A stretch of 64,000 nt of DNA, taken from contig CAVCGL010000001.1 of NCBI GenBank assembly GCA_963601915.1, forward strand, positions 60,649 through 124,648, read 5' to 3'. Position 1 is the first letter of the stretch, and every line of letters begins with the position of its first letter. Below the pieces are notes generated by a model. The model saw nothing but the letters and a program-made list of their open reading frames with translations. It was not told the DNA's origin and made no database searches. A program made the translations under genes and the position numbers. Source of the stretch: a bacterium. Its GTDB lineage: Bacteria > Bacillota > Clostridia > Oscillospirales > Butyricicoccaceae. Below are positions 10,212-18,856 of this stretch, one piece after another.

Positions 10212-11453
10212 ATGAAATTTCAGCCTCTGGCCGACCGTATCCGCCCAACCACACTGGCGGATGTGGTTGGCCAGCCGCATATTCTGGGAAAATCCGGTCT
10301 GCTGCGCCGGATTATCGAGAGCGGCAATATTCCAAACATGATTTTTCACGGCCCGTCCGGTGTGGGAAAGACGACGGTTGCCTCCATTATCGCAGCACAG
10401 ACCGAGCGCAAGCTGTATCGGCTCAATGCGACGACGGCGTCTATCGCTGACATCAAGAAGATTTTTGATGAGCTGGGCACGCTGATGGCACCGAACGGCG
10501 CGCTCATTTATCTGGATGAGATTCAGTATTTTAACAAGAAACAGCAGCAGTCGCTGCTGGAATTTATTGAGGACGGGCGCATTACGCTCATCGCATCGAC
10601 GACGGAAAATCCGTATTTTTACGTGTTCCATGCGATTTTGAGCCGCAGCACGGTCTTTGAATTCAAGCCGATTGAAGCGGCGGATATTCAGCCCGCCGTG
10701 CGCAGAGCCTTTACGTTGGCGGATGCTTCGCTGTCCGTGCCGGAAAAGGTCTGCGCATACATTGCGACGGCGTGCGGCGGCGATGTGCGAAAAGCCATCA
10801 ATGCTGTGGAACTGCTCGCGCAGGCGGCGCAGAACAAGACCGTAACCATGGAGGATGCCCAGCAGGCAGCACAGCGTTCGAGTATGCGCTATGACCGCGA
10901 CGGCGACCAGCACTATGATATTTTGTCTGGTCTGCAAAAGTCCATTCGCGGCTCAGATCCGGATGCTGCCGTTCATTATCTGGCGCGATTGCTGGAATCC
11001 GGCGATTTGATTTCCGCCTGCCGCAGACTCATGGTCATCGCGGCAGAAGATATTGGTCTGGCCTATCCGCAGGCACTGCCGATTGTCAAAGCCTGCGTGG
11101 ACATGGCCAATCAGCTGGGGCTGCCGGAGGCGCGCATTCCGCTGTCCGATGCGGCAATTTTGCTGGCGACTTCTCCGAAATCCAACAGCGGCATCCAAGC
11201 GATTGATGCGGCGCTGGCAGATATTCGCGCGGGAAAATCCGGGGATGTTCCCGCACATTTGAAAGACTGTCATTATTCCGGAGCCAAGAAGCTGGGGCGC
11301 GGTCTGACGTATCAGTATCCGCACAGCTACCCCAACCATTGGGTGCAACAGCAGTATCTGCCGGATACCATCAAGGACGCACAGTATTATATCTACGGCG
11401 ACAACAAGCTGGAACAAAAAGCAAAGGCGTATTGGGACAATATCAAAAAATAA
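10212..11453 (+). CDS. rarA: Replication-associated recombination protein A (AAA+ ATPase)
   Basis: PLADRIRPTTLADVVGQ, Walker A GPSGVGKTT, YLDEIQYFNK and the C-terminal MgsA domain (HYDILSGLQKSIRGSD). Confidence 0.92.
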   Translation: MKFQPLADRIRPTTLADVVGQPHILGKSGLLRRIIESGNIPNMIFHGPSGVGKTTVASIIAAQTERKLYRLNATTASIADIKKIFDELGTLMAPNGALIYLDEIQYFNKKQQQSLLEFIEDGRITLIASTTENPYFYVFHAILSRSTVFEFKPIEAADIQPAVRRAFTLADASLSVPEKVCAYIATACGGDVRKAINAVELLAQAAQNKTVTMEDAQQAAQRSSMRYDRDGDQHYDILSGLQKSIRGSDPDAAVHYLARLLESGDLISACRRLMVIAAEDIGLAYPQALPIVKACVDMANQLGLPEARIPLSDAAILLATSPKSNSGIQAIDAALADIRAGKSGDVPAHLKDCHYSGAKKLGRGLTYQYPHSYPNHWVQQQYLPDTIKDAQYYIYGDNKLEQKAKAYWDNIKK

Positions 11454-11461
11454 CAGCAATA

Positions 11462-11492
11462 AAAACTGGGAAGCTTTGTGCTTCCCAGTTTT
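11462..11492. terminator. Bidirectional terminator between rarA and mtaB
   Basis: AAAACTGGGAAGC-TTTGT-GCTTCCCAGTTTT. Confidence 0.85.
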
Positions 11493-11498
11493 GCTGTC

Positions 11499-12788
11499 TC
11501 ATGATACTTTTTCCGCGGTCATACCGTTTTGGGTGATGCCGGTCAATTGGACCTGACAAATATCGCCTTGCTTTCCGGTGTTCGGCGGGAGTTGAACGGA
11601 AAAATGCCACGTACCGTGGGCGGGCTGTGCCTCGCTTCTGCCGTGCTCTAAGATGACGGAGATTGTCTTGCCGATAAATGGCTGCAAAAAATCCTGTGAC
11701 AGCTGCGCTGCCAAATCGCGCACGGCATTGGCGCGTTGGGCACGAATCTGCGGCGGAACGGCATTAGGCATCGAAGCCGCTGGCGTGCCGCTGCGCTCGG
11801 AATACGGAAAGACATGAATGGATGCAAAGGCACAAGTCCTGAGAAAATCCATGGTCTGTGCAAATTCCTGTTCGGTCTCGCCGGGAAATCCGGTAATCAC
11901 ATCCGTGGTAATGGAACAGGTCGGAAAAGCCGCGCGGAGCCGCTCGACAACAGCGAGAAACTGTGCGGTGGTATAGCGGCGGTGCATCCGGCGCAGCGTT
12001 GCATCACAGCCGGACTGCAGCGACAGATGAAAGTGCTGCGCGAGATTGGAAAATCGTTGGAGCCGTTCGCAAAAGGCATCCGTGATGAAGCGCGGCTCCA
12101 GCGAGCCGAGACGGAAACGCACCTCTGGTGCCGCTGCACACAACTGCTCCATGAGGTCGATGAGCGTTGGCTTGTCCGGCAAATCGCGCCCATAGCTGGC
12201 AATTTCAATGCCGGTCACAACGATTTCCTTGACGCCGGATGCGGCGAGCTGCTGCGCCTGACGGACGGCGTCTGCCAGCGGCAGAGAGCGCACATGACCG
12301 CGGGCGTAGGGGATGATACAGTACGTACAGTAATTGTCGCAGCCGTCCTGCACCTTGAGCAGAGCACGGGTGTGACCGGGCAGAATACCGGCGGGAAGTT
12401 CCTCGAACGCCTGCCGCTGCCGGTTGTCCGTCACGGTGCAGACGGATTTGCGATCGCGCACGGCCTGTTCGCACAAATCCAGCACGGCGGCGCGGTCGGA
12501 TGTGCCGCAGACAATTTGCACGCCGTCGATGGCGGATGCCTTTTCCGGTTCGGTCTGCGCGAAGCAGCCGCACAGCGCGACAACCGCGTTGGGATTCTCT
12601 TTTTGCAGTTTATGTAAAACGCGCAGGGTTTTGTGGTCGCCGGACGAGGTGACGGTGCAAGTGTTGATGATACAGACATCCGCCTGTGTATCCGCGAGAA
12701 CATGGCCACGCTGTTGGGCGAGCTGCGCGAGCGCCTGCGTTTCAAATTGATTGACCTTGCAGCCAAGTGTTGCAAAGCAAAATTTCAT
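11499..12788 (-). CDS. mtaB: tRNA methylthiotransferase, MtaB-like (radical SAM, MiaB family)
   Basis: GGAGGAA RBS. N-terminal UPF0004 domain (LGCKVNQFE...CIINTCTVT), radical-SAM CDNYCTYC and a C-terminal TRAM-like segment. Confidence 0.88.
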   Translation of the reverse strand: MKFCFATLGCKVNQFETQALAQLAQQRGHVLADTQADVCIINTCTVTSSGDHKTLRVLHKLQKENPNAVVALCGCFAQTEPEKASAIDGVQIVCGTSDRAAVLDLCEQAVRDRKSVCTVTDNRQRQAFEELPAGILPGHTRALLKVQDGCDNYCTYCIIPYARGHVRSLPLADAVRQAQQLAASGVKEIVVTGIEIASYGRDLPDKPTLIDLMEQLCAAAPEVRFRLGSLEPRFITDAFCERLQRFSNLAQHFHLSLQSGCDATLRRMHRRYTTAQFLAVVERLRAAFPTCSITTDVITGFPGETEQEFAQTMDFLRTCAFASIHVFPYSERSGTPAASMPNAVPPQIRAQRANAVRDLAAQLSQDFLQPFIGKTISVILEHGRSEAQPAHGTWHFSVQLPPNTGKQGDICQVQLTGITQNGMTAEKVS

Positions 12789-12923
12789 AAGTGTTCCTCC
12801 GATGACGGCGTGCCGTCAAAATGTAAAAATCGTGTGAATTTTTCGTTAAAATTATAGAAACAATTCACAAAGGACATTATAATAAATTTTACAGAGAGTT
12901 ACAACTACGGGAGAGGAGAAAAA

Positions 12924-13163
12924 ATGGTTAAACTACAGATTAAGCTCAGCAAACCTGACGATTTGACCTTGCTCAACAATGCGGCATCCGCTATGCCGTT
13001 TGATATTGATCTTTCGTCGGGTTGGTACGTTGCAGACGCAAAATCATTGGTAGGACTGTTTGGACTGGAGATTTCTGAGCCGATTGGCGTCAAGCTGTAT
13101 ACGGATCAGACGCAAGCACAGCCGTTCATTGAACAGATCGGCAAGATGATTATTTCTCACTAA
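12924..13163 (+). CDS. HPr-like domain protein lacking the catalytic His15
   Basis: GAGAGGAGAA RBS; 79 aa. ADAKSLVGLFGLEISEPIGVKLY resembles the HPr NLKSIMGVMSLG region, while the GIHARPA position reads LSKPDDL. Confidence 0.5.
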   Translation: MVKLQIKLSKPDDLTLLNNAASAMPFDIDLSSGWYVADAKSLVGLFGLEISEPIGVKLYTDQTQAQPFIEQIGKMIISH

Positions 13164-13177
13164 AACCGAATCCGCGA

Positions 13178-13208
13178 GACCGTCCGCCTGTCGGGCGGTC
13201 TTTGTCTT
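13178..13208 (+). terminator. Rho-independent terminator after the HPr-like gene
   Basis: GACCGTCCG-CCTGT-CGGGCGGTC (9 bp, one G:U pair) followed by TTTGTCTT. Confidence 0.7.
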
Positions 13209-13278
13209 GGTATGCTGTTCCTGTTTTGCGCATAGATTGTGTGGAAAACAGGTTTTTCTTTTTTAGGGGAGGAAGCGG

Positions 13279-14454
13279 ATGAGAAAGCATATCCTAGCCG
13301 CTGTTCTTGGCATCATCTGTGTGGCGGCGGTCTCGGCGTCTGCCTCGGCGGCGCAATTGGGAGAAGTACACGCGAAAGGTGCCATTTTGATGACGGATAC
13401 CGGTCAGGTGCTGTTTGAACAGAATGCCGATGCCGTGCACCCGCCGGCATCCGTGACAAAGATTATGACCATGCTACTGACTATGGAGGCCGTGGACAGC
13501 GGCAGTGCATCGCTCAGTGATTTGGTGACCGCTTCGGCTCATGCGGCGGAGATGGGCGGCTCGCAGATTTATCTCAAAGAGGGCGAGCAGATGACGTTGG
13601 ATGACATGCTCAAGTCGATTGCGGTTGCGTCGGCAAACGATGCGGCGGTTGCTGTGGCGGAGCATTTGGGCGGCAGTGAGTCGCATTTTGTCTCCATGAT
13701 GAATGAACGCGCCAAACAGCTCGGCTGCAAGGGAACGGAATTTGTCAATCCAAATGGCTTGGATACCGACGGAGAGCAGACCAAAACCACTGCGCGAGAT
13801 TTGGCGCTCATTTCCCAAGAGCTGCTCAAGCATCCCAAGATTTTAAATTATACATCCATTTGGATGGATTCCGTGCGCAATGGCTCGTTTGGACTGGCCA
13901 ATACCAATAAAATGCTCAAATTATACGATGGCATGGTGGGTCTCAAGACCGGATATACGAGCACCGCGGGATATTGTATTTCTGCCGTGGCGCAGCGGGA
14001 CGGTATGCGCTTGATTGCGGTCGTGCTCGGTGAGCCGGATAAGCAGTCGCGCAATCAGGACATTGCGGCGATGTTAAATTATGGATTTGCCGGATATGCC
14101 GTTGTGCCGATTTTAGACAAAGAAACCCTGCCGATTGTCTCGGTTGAACTGGGAACACGAGACAGTATATCCGTAGAGCTGGCAGATGACACCTCGCTGC
14201 TCATGACTAAAGCAGAGGCGGGCAATGTCAAACGGGAGATCCGCTGCACGGAACACGCCCAAGCACCGATTGAAAAAGGCGATCCGATGGGAGAGATTGT
14301 CTTGACCGGAAGCGATGGCGAGATCACTCGGCGCACGCTGGTCGCGGCAGAAAATGCCGATAGAAAACGCATGACAGATATTTTTCGGGAATTATTGGAA
14401 TATCTGCTCATGAAAAAAAGGCTGCTGACCATTCCTTTTTTGACTAGTATGTAA
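13279..14454 (+). CDS. Serine-type D-Ala-D-Ala carboxypeptidase (peptidase S11)
   Basis: Signal peptide (AVSASASA), active-site SVTKIM (SxxK), SANDAA (SxN) and KTGYT (KTG). Confidence 0.88.
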   Translation: MRKHILAAVLGIICVAAVSASASAAQLGEVHAKGAILMTDTGQVLFEQNADAVHPPASVTKIMTMLLTMEAVDSGSASLSDLVTASAHAAEMGGSQIYLKEGEQMTLDDMLKSIAVASANDAAVAVAEHLGGSESHFVSMMNERAKQLGCKGTEFVNPNGLDTDGEQTKTTARDLALISQELLKHPKILNYTSIWMDSVRNGSFGLANTNKMLKLYDGMVGLKTGYTSTAGYCISAVAQRDGMRLIAVVLGEPDKQSRNQDIAAMLNYGFAGYAVVPILDKETLPIVSVELGTRDSISVELADDTSLLMTKAEAGNVKREIRCTEHAQAPIEKGDPMGEIVLTGSDGEITRRTLVAAENADRKRMTDIFRELLEYLLMKKRLLTIPFLTSM

Positions 14455-14558
14455 AAATTCACAAAGAACTGTTTTTTTTCTTGTGAAAATCCGTTGTGTT
14501 TTTTTACAATTTATGATACCATAATATCAACCTCATAGTAGATTGGGAGGAAAACAAA

Positions 14559-14969
14559 ATGGTTAAATTAATTATGGCAGCTGCTGGAAGCGGCAAGACA
14601 AAGGACATTATCAATCAGGTAAATGAGTCTGCGGCTAACGAGCCGGGTTCCGTTGTTTGCATCGCAAAGGGCAATCAGCTGAACTTTGACATTTCTCATC
14701 AGGCACGCCTGATCGACGTGATGGACTACAGCGTAACCGACTATGCATCCCTGCTGGGCTTCGTAGCTGGTATCCATGCTGGCAACTACGACATCACCAA
14801 GATCTACATCGACAGCCTGTATAAGGTTGCTTGTGATGACAAGCCGGAGGATGCTGACAAGTTCCTGCTGGCTCTGGATGAGTTCTCTTCCAAGCACAAT
14901 GTAGAGTTTACCGTTGCCCTGTCTGGTGACGCAAGCGCTGCAAGCGAGACCATGAAGAAGTACCTGTAA
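14559..14969 (+). CDS. Uncharacterised 136-aa protein with N-terminal Walker-A-like motif
   Basis: GGGAGGAA RBS. AAAGSGKT fits [AG]x4GK[ST]. Codon usage resembles that of rpsB, tsf and pckA. Followed by a strong terminator. Confidence 0.6.
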   Translation: MVKLIMAAAGSGKTKDIINQVNESAANEPGSVVCIAKGNQLNFDISHQARLIDVMDYSVTDYASLLGFVAGIHAGNYDITKIYIDSLYKVACDDKPEDADKFLLALDEFSSKHNVEFTVALSGDASAASETMKKYL

Positions 14970-14983
14970 GATGGTATGACGAT

Positions 14984-15015
14984 AAAATCCCGTCGGGTTT
15001 CCGGCGGGATTTTTT
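14984..15015. terminator. Bidirectional terminator (P-loop ORF / DUF4363 gene)
   Basis: AAAATCCCGTCGG-GTTT-CCGGCGGGATTTTTT. Confidence 0.8.
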
Positions 15016-15019
15016 CTGT

Positions 15020-15358
15020 CTACCGGAGTGCTGACACGGCCTGCTGCAGCTCCGCGAGAGATACCTGCATCTCTGCCGTGTCACCGCGCTGTGCGGCGGT
15101 CTGAGAGCGGGCAAAGCCCGCACGAACAGGATCGAGCAGCTGGCGGTTCATCACGGCACATAAATAGGACTCTCGCCTGGTGTACTGCGCCTGCGCGGCT
15201 GCAAGATACCCTTGCGCCTGTGCAGGATCGTCACAGTGCATGGCCTGTGTCAGCGGCACAGAAATGCGCGCAATCGTGCGGGAAACGGTATAGCTGTTGT
15301 ACAAACAGCTGGATATGACGAGAATCAGAAGGACAACGGCCACCCAGATACGTTTCAT
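15020..15358 (-). CDS. DUF4363-like small membrane-anchored protein
   Basis: ATG 15358 (MKRIWVAVVLLILVISS) overlaps the upstream stop as ATGA. The usual gene partner of DUF421 (YetF-like) genes in Firmicutes. Confidence 0.6.
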   Translation of the reverse strand: MKRIWVAVVLLILVISSCLYNSYTVSRTIARISVPLTQAMHCDDPAQAQGYLAAAQAQYTRRESYLCAVMNRQLLDPVRAGFARSQTAAQRGDTAEMQVSLAELQQAVSALR

Positions 15359-16044
15359 CGCTGTGCCTCCTGCTTTTGCAGAAACAGATTGCCGCAGTCG
15401 TCCAGCGTCATGAGAAAAATGTCTGCCGGAGAGGCGATGCCGCGGGAACGGCATTCGCGCAGCAGCCAAGCCTCATCCTTGCCGAGCTGGCGCAGAATAC
15501 CGCGGCGGATTTTGCCTTCAGATACGAGCACGCGTGCCATGCCGGTATCTTTGGGATGCTTATGGATGTCGGATGGCGTCAGGGGCTGCTTGTCTGCATA
15601 GAGCAGCACACTGAGCTGGCCGTTGGTCTCGATGATGCCGCACCGCACGTCAGATACGAGAGAGACGCCTGCCATGCGCAGGCCGTCTAAGATGTCCTCC
15701 GGCGATAAGCGGAGCAGCCGCAGCATGTCGGGATCGAATTTTCCGTCTCGAATGACCATGCAGGGATTGCCGCACAGCAGCCGACGGACGCGGATGCTTT
15801 TTCGGCAGAGACCGGAGAGCAGGACTTCCACGGCGAGCAGCGTGACGAGAGGGACGATGCCGCCGAGCAGCGGAATGGCGGTGTCCTGTAAGGGAATGGA
15901 GGCGAGCTCGGAAACCAGAATGGTAACGGCAAATTCCGAGGTGGACAGCTCACCGAGCTGCCGTTTTCCGGTAAACCGCAGACCGCCGATGACTGCGGCG
16001 TAGACGAGCAGGGTGCGCGCGAACAGCAGAAACAGGAAAACCAC
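15355..16044 (-). CDS. DUF421 (YetF/YdfS-like) membrane protein
   Basis: N-terminal TM segments, GKRQLGELSTSEF and a C-terminal soluble domain typical of DUF421. The GTG start at 16044 sits directly after GGGAG, so the exact start is uncertain. Confidence 0.75.
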   Translation of the reverse strand: MVFLFLLFARTLLVYAAVIGGLRFTGKRQLGELSTSEFAVTILVSELASIPLQDTAIPLLGGIVPLVTLLAVEVLLSGLCRKSIRVRRLLCGNPCMVIRDGKFDPDMLRLLRLSPEDILDGLRMAGVSLVSDVRCGIIETNGQLSVLLYADKQPLTPSDIHKHPKDTGMARVLVSEGKIRRGILRQLGKDEAWLLRECRSRGIASPADIFLMTLDDCGNLFLQKQEAQR

Positions 16045-16150
16045 CTCCCGAAGATTTGTTTTTATCTTTCGCCGATTTTGGGCAAAATATGCAGGATCTT
16101 TGAAAATTTGTACGGAAAACCGGAGAAATGCGAAAAAATAAAAAATGTTA

Positions 16151-16178
16151 TTGACTTTTTGAATTTACAAGATATAAT
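16151..16178 (+). promoter_or_regulatory. Sigma-A type promoter TTGACT-16-TATAAT driving the ilv T-box leader
   Basis: Hexamers at 16151-16156 and 16173-16178. Confidence 0.7.
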
Positions 16179-16204
16179 AAGAAATACTTAGATATAAAAA
16201 TGCA

Positions 16205-16471
16205 AAGACCGGAAAGAGTAACGCTTTCACAACGTTCAGAGAACTGCCGTTTGGTGCGAGGCAGCAGGGAGAAAGCGCGAACGTCATCCGCGAGCAGTTC
16301 AGGTGAATGGTCTGACCTAGTAATCTGAAACGGTTCACGCCCCCGTTAACAGGCAGAGCATTACGCACAGATTTGTGCCGATGTAAAGGGGTCGCTGGGA
16401 CATCAGCGGCAATAAAGAGTGGTACCGCAGAGCTAGTCTTTGTCTCTTTTTGTAGAGATAAGGGCTTTTTT
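16205..16471 (+). promoter_or_regulatory. T-box riboswitch leader of ilvBN (candidate Val GUC specifier)
   Basis: AGAGTA (16215-16220), AGAGA bulge (16238-16242), distal loop GGTGCGA (16253-16259) and specifier-loop GAA (16279-16281). Conserved T-box sequence AATAAAGAGTGGTACCGCAG at 16411-16430. Terminator GTCTTTGTCTCT/AGAGATAAGGGC plus T6 at 16436-16471. Confidence 0.85.
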
Positions 16472-16519
16472 GTTTATCCAACCCGAAGGAAAAATATTAT
16501 GATATAGGAGAGATGGCTC

Positions 16520-18187
16520 ATGAAACTCAATGGTTCACAGATTCTGCTTGAGACACTGCTGGAACAGGGTACCGATACCATTTTCGGTTATCCGGGCGGC
16601 GCAGCACTGAACATTTATGATGAACTGTATAAGTATTCCGACCGTATCCGTCATGTCCTGTCCGCACATGAACAGGGCGCATCCCATGCCGCAGATGGCT
16701 ATGCCCGCGCAACCGGCAAAGTAGGCGTTGTTCTGGCAACCTCTGGTCCGGGCGCAACCAACCTAGTCACCGGTATTGCAACGGCATTTATGGATTCTAT
16801 CCCGCTGATTGCGATTACTGCAAACGTCGGCACCAACTTTATCGGCCGAGACAGCTTCCAGGAAATTTACATCGCAGGCGTGACGATGCCGATCACCAAG
16901 CATAACTTTGTTGTCCGCAACGTAGAGGAATTGGCAGATACCGTTCGTCAGGCATATGAAATTGCCATCAGTGATCGCCCAGGTCCGGTATTGATTGATA
17001 TTCCGAAGGACATCACGGCAGCAGTCTGTGAATTCGAGCATAAGCCGCCGGTCAAGAAGCGTCCGAATCCGAAGATTCAGCACGAGCAGATTTCCAAGAT
17101 GGCAGAGATGGTCAATGCAGCAGAGCGTCCGGTCATCCTGTTCGGCGGCGGTGTGATTTCGTCGGAGGCCTGCGAGCTGCTGCTGCGCTTTATGAAGCGC
17201 GGAGATATTCCGGCTTGCCATTCTCTGATGGGCATCGGCGCACTGGATAAGGAAGAGCCGCTCAATTTGGGTCTTATCGGTATGCACGGCTGGGTATCCG
17301 CTGGCCGCGCAGTAGACAATGCCGATCTGGTTATTGCACTGGGCACGCGCTTCTCTGATCGTGTGGCTACGAAGATGGGCGATTTTGCCTCCACCGCCAA
17401 GGTTGTTCAGGTAGACATTGACGAGTCTGAGGTAAATAAGAACATCGAGGTACAGCACAGCGTTATTGGCGACGTTCGTGACGTTCTCGAGGCGGTTCTG
17501 CCGCTCATTGACCATGCCGATCACACCCCGTGGAAGGAACAGATTGCTTCCTGGAAGGAGCGCATGGACTACAAGCCGAAGGACAACGATGCCGTTCTGC
17601 GTCCGCATCAGCTGATGAAGAAGATTGATGAACTGATTCGCAAGGATGACATTGTGGCAACCGACGTTGGTCAGCATCAGATGTGGGCAGCACAGTTCAC
17701 CGGCCGCTCCAAGCCGCGTACCTTCCTGACCTCCGGCGGTCTGGGCACGATGGGCTTTGGCTATGGCGCAGCAATCGGTGCGCAGGTAGGCGAGCCGGAT
17801 AAGCGCGTGATTCACGTTACCGGTGACGGCAGCTTCCATATGAACTTACAGGAGATGTGTACCGCTGTCAGCAACCATCTGCCGGTTATCACGATTGTTG
17901 TCAACAATCAGGTGCTCGGCATGGTATACCAGTGGCAGACCTCGTTCTATGGAAAGCGTTATTCCAACACAGATCCGCACCGCAAGACGGATTTTGTCAA
18001 GCTGGCAGAGGCATTTGGCGCAAAGGGTATGCGCTGTGATACCTTGGCAGGCTTTGAGGCGTGCATGAAGGAAGCACTGGCAACGACAGACGGTCCGGTT
18101 CTGATTGATGCACGGATTGACAAGACCGAGCGCGTTCTGCCGTTTATTCCGGGCGGCGAAACGGTTCGCAACGTTATCATCGACTGA
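16520..18187 (+). CDS. ilvB: Acetolactate synthase, large (catalytic) subunit
   Basis: GYPGGAALNIYDEL, GPGATNLVTGIA and TPP-binding GGLGTMGFGYGAAIGA...GDGSFHMN. Confidence 0.95.
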   Translation: MKLNGSQILLETLLEQGTDTIFGYPGGAALNIYDELYKYSDRIRHVLSAHEQGASHAADGYARATGKVGVVLATSGPGATNLVTGIATAFMDSIPLIAITANVGTNFIGRDSFQEIYIAGVTMPITKHNFVVRNVEELADTVRQAYEIAISDRPGPVLIDIPKDITAAVCEFEHKPPVKKRPNPKIQHEQISKMAEMVNAAERPVILFGGGVISSEACELLLRFMKRGDIPACHSLMGIGALDKEEPLNLGLIGMHGWVSAGRAVDNADLVIALGTRFSDRVATKMGDFASTAKVVQVDIDESEVNKNIEVQHSVIGDVRDVLEAVLPLIDHADHTPWKEQIASWKERMDYKPKDNDAVLRPHQLMKKIDELIRKDDIVATDVGQHQMWAAQFTGRSKPRTFLTSGGLGTMGFGYGAAIGAQVGEPDKRVIHVTGDGSFHMNLQEMCTAVSNHLPVITIVVNNQVLGMVYQWQTSFYGKRYSNTDPHRKTDFVKLAEAFGAKGMRCDTLAGFEACMKEALATTDGPVLIDARIDKTERVLPFIPGGETVRNVIID

Positions 18188-18203
18188 TCGAGGAGGAAAA
18201 AAC

Positions 18204-18692
18204 ATGGAAAAGTATATTATTTCAGCCGTTGTACAGAATAATTCTGGCGTACTGGCTCGCGTTTCCAGCCTGTTCGGTCGCCGCGGCTTCAACATCTATT
18301 CTCTGACGGTTTCCCCGACCGTTGATGAGAAGTTTTCCCGCATTACCATCGTGACAGTTGGCGATGCCTATACATTGGATCAGATTCTCAAGCAGATGCG
18401 CAAGCTGGAAGAGTGCGTGGAAGTTGTCCACATCAAGGAGGACGAAGCATTCTGCCGCGAGCTGGCACTGATTAAAATTGAGGGCGGCGTAGATGTACAG
18501 GAAAGCATTCGTGAGCTGTGTGATGTGTATCAGGCAGACGTTGTCAATGCAGGCGAGCATTCTATCATCGTCCGCATTTCCGGTGTACCGTCTAAGCTGG
18601 ATACGTTCTTGTCGATTATGCAGAACTTCAACGTCGTTGAGTCCAGCCGTACCGGCATCACTGCCGTACATTGGGACAAGGATAAGGACTGA
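18204..18692 (+). CDS. ilvN: Acetolactate synthase, small (regulatory) subunit
   Basis: GAGGAGGA RBS and ATG 18204. ACT-domain start ISAVVQNNSGVLARVSSLFGRRGFNI. Confidence 0.92.
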   Translation: MEKYIISAVVQNNSGVLARVSSLFGRRGFNIYSLTVSPTVDEKFSRITIVTVGDAYTLDQILKQMRKLEECVEVVHIKEDEAFCRELALIKIEGGVDVQESIRELCDVYQADVVNAGEHSIIVRISGVPSKLDTFLSIMQNFNVVESSRTGITAVHWDKDKD

Positions 18693-18711
18693 GAAATCTG
18701 ACGTTCTGCCC

Positions 18712-18740
18712 TTGATTTGTGTCATGCATTCTTTTATAAT
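18712..18740 (+). promoter_or_regulatory. Candidate internal promoter TTGATT-17-TATAAT upstream of ilvD
   Basis: Hexamers at 18712-18717 and 18735-18740, flanked by the inverted repeat TGTCATG (18720-18726) / CATGACA (18750-18756). Confidence 0.5.
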
Positions 18741-18783
18741 AAGAAAGTACATGACAAATTGACGCATGTTTTGTAAAGATACA

Positions 18784-18819
18784 GCGGGGACGGGTCATGT
18801 ACCGGTTCCCGCTTTTTTT
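18784..18819 (+). terminator. Intrinsic terminator between ilvN and ilvD (attenuator candidate)
   Basis: GCGGGGACGGG-loop-CCGGTTCCCGC (11 stem positions: 9 Watson-Crick pairs, one G:U, one mismatch) followed by T7. Ends 37 nt before the ilvD ATG. Confidence 0.7.
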
Positions 18820-18856
18820 ATCGCGGCGGCGCACTGCCGCCTTGGAGGTGCTTTTC

